Below are positions 6,124 through 6,126 of a DNA stretch of 6,126 nucleotides, piece after piece. The notes beneath the pieces are model-generated. The model made no database searches. It was not told the DNA's origin and worked only from the letters and a program-made list of their open reading frames with translations. How positions within the stretch are numbered: the first letter of the stretch is position 1; each line of letters starts with the position of its first letter. This DNA is from a virus (lineage: Duplodnaviria > Heunggongvirae > Uroviricota > Caudoviricetes): IMG/VR virus record IMGVR_UViG_2703718811_000001, positions 1-6,126 of that record; one strand, given 5' to 3'. Position numbers and translations under genes: made by a program.

Positions 6124-6126
6124 CGG

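Overview
This window is the immunity and early-regulatory region of a lambdoid prophage, reverse-complemented relative to the standard lambda map. From left to right it holds a truncated Dam-like methyltransferase fragment (-), an oop-like antisense RNA (+), a cII homologue (-), nutR, cro (-), OR3/OR2/OR1 with PR and PRM, cI (+), three non-rex genes in the position lambda uses for rexA/rexB (+), a terminator, OL3/OL2/OL1 with pL, nutL, an N antiterminator of P22/Stx-phage type (+), a 156-aa unknown gene, terminator structures, a 122-aa ORF in the ea10 position, cIII-like and kil-like genes, and further small ORFs. cI, cro, operators and pL are almost identical to phage lambda as I recall it; cII, N and both nut sites are not, so the region is a mosaic. 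The main hunt result is the three-gene cluster at 1827-3290, co-transcribed behind cI where lambda carries the RexAB exclusion system, ending in a tail-anchored coiled-coil membrane protein. Other notable signals are a 19-bp duplication of the cI 3' end flanking the first cargo gene, an out-of-frame relic of a lambda-type N C-terminus, shared substitutions in OR1 and OL2, and a 104-bp inverted repeat at the two window ends. All calls rest on reading the sequence and on recalled protein and operator sequences; no database search was run.
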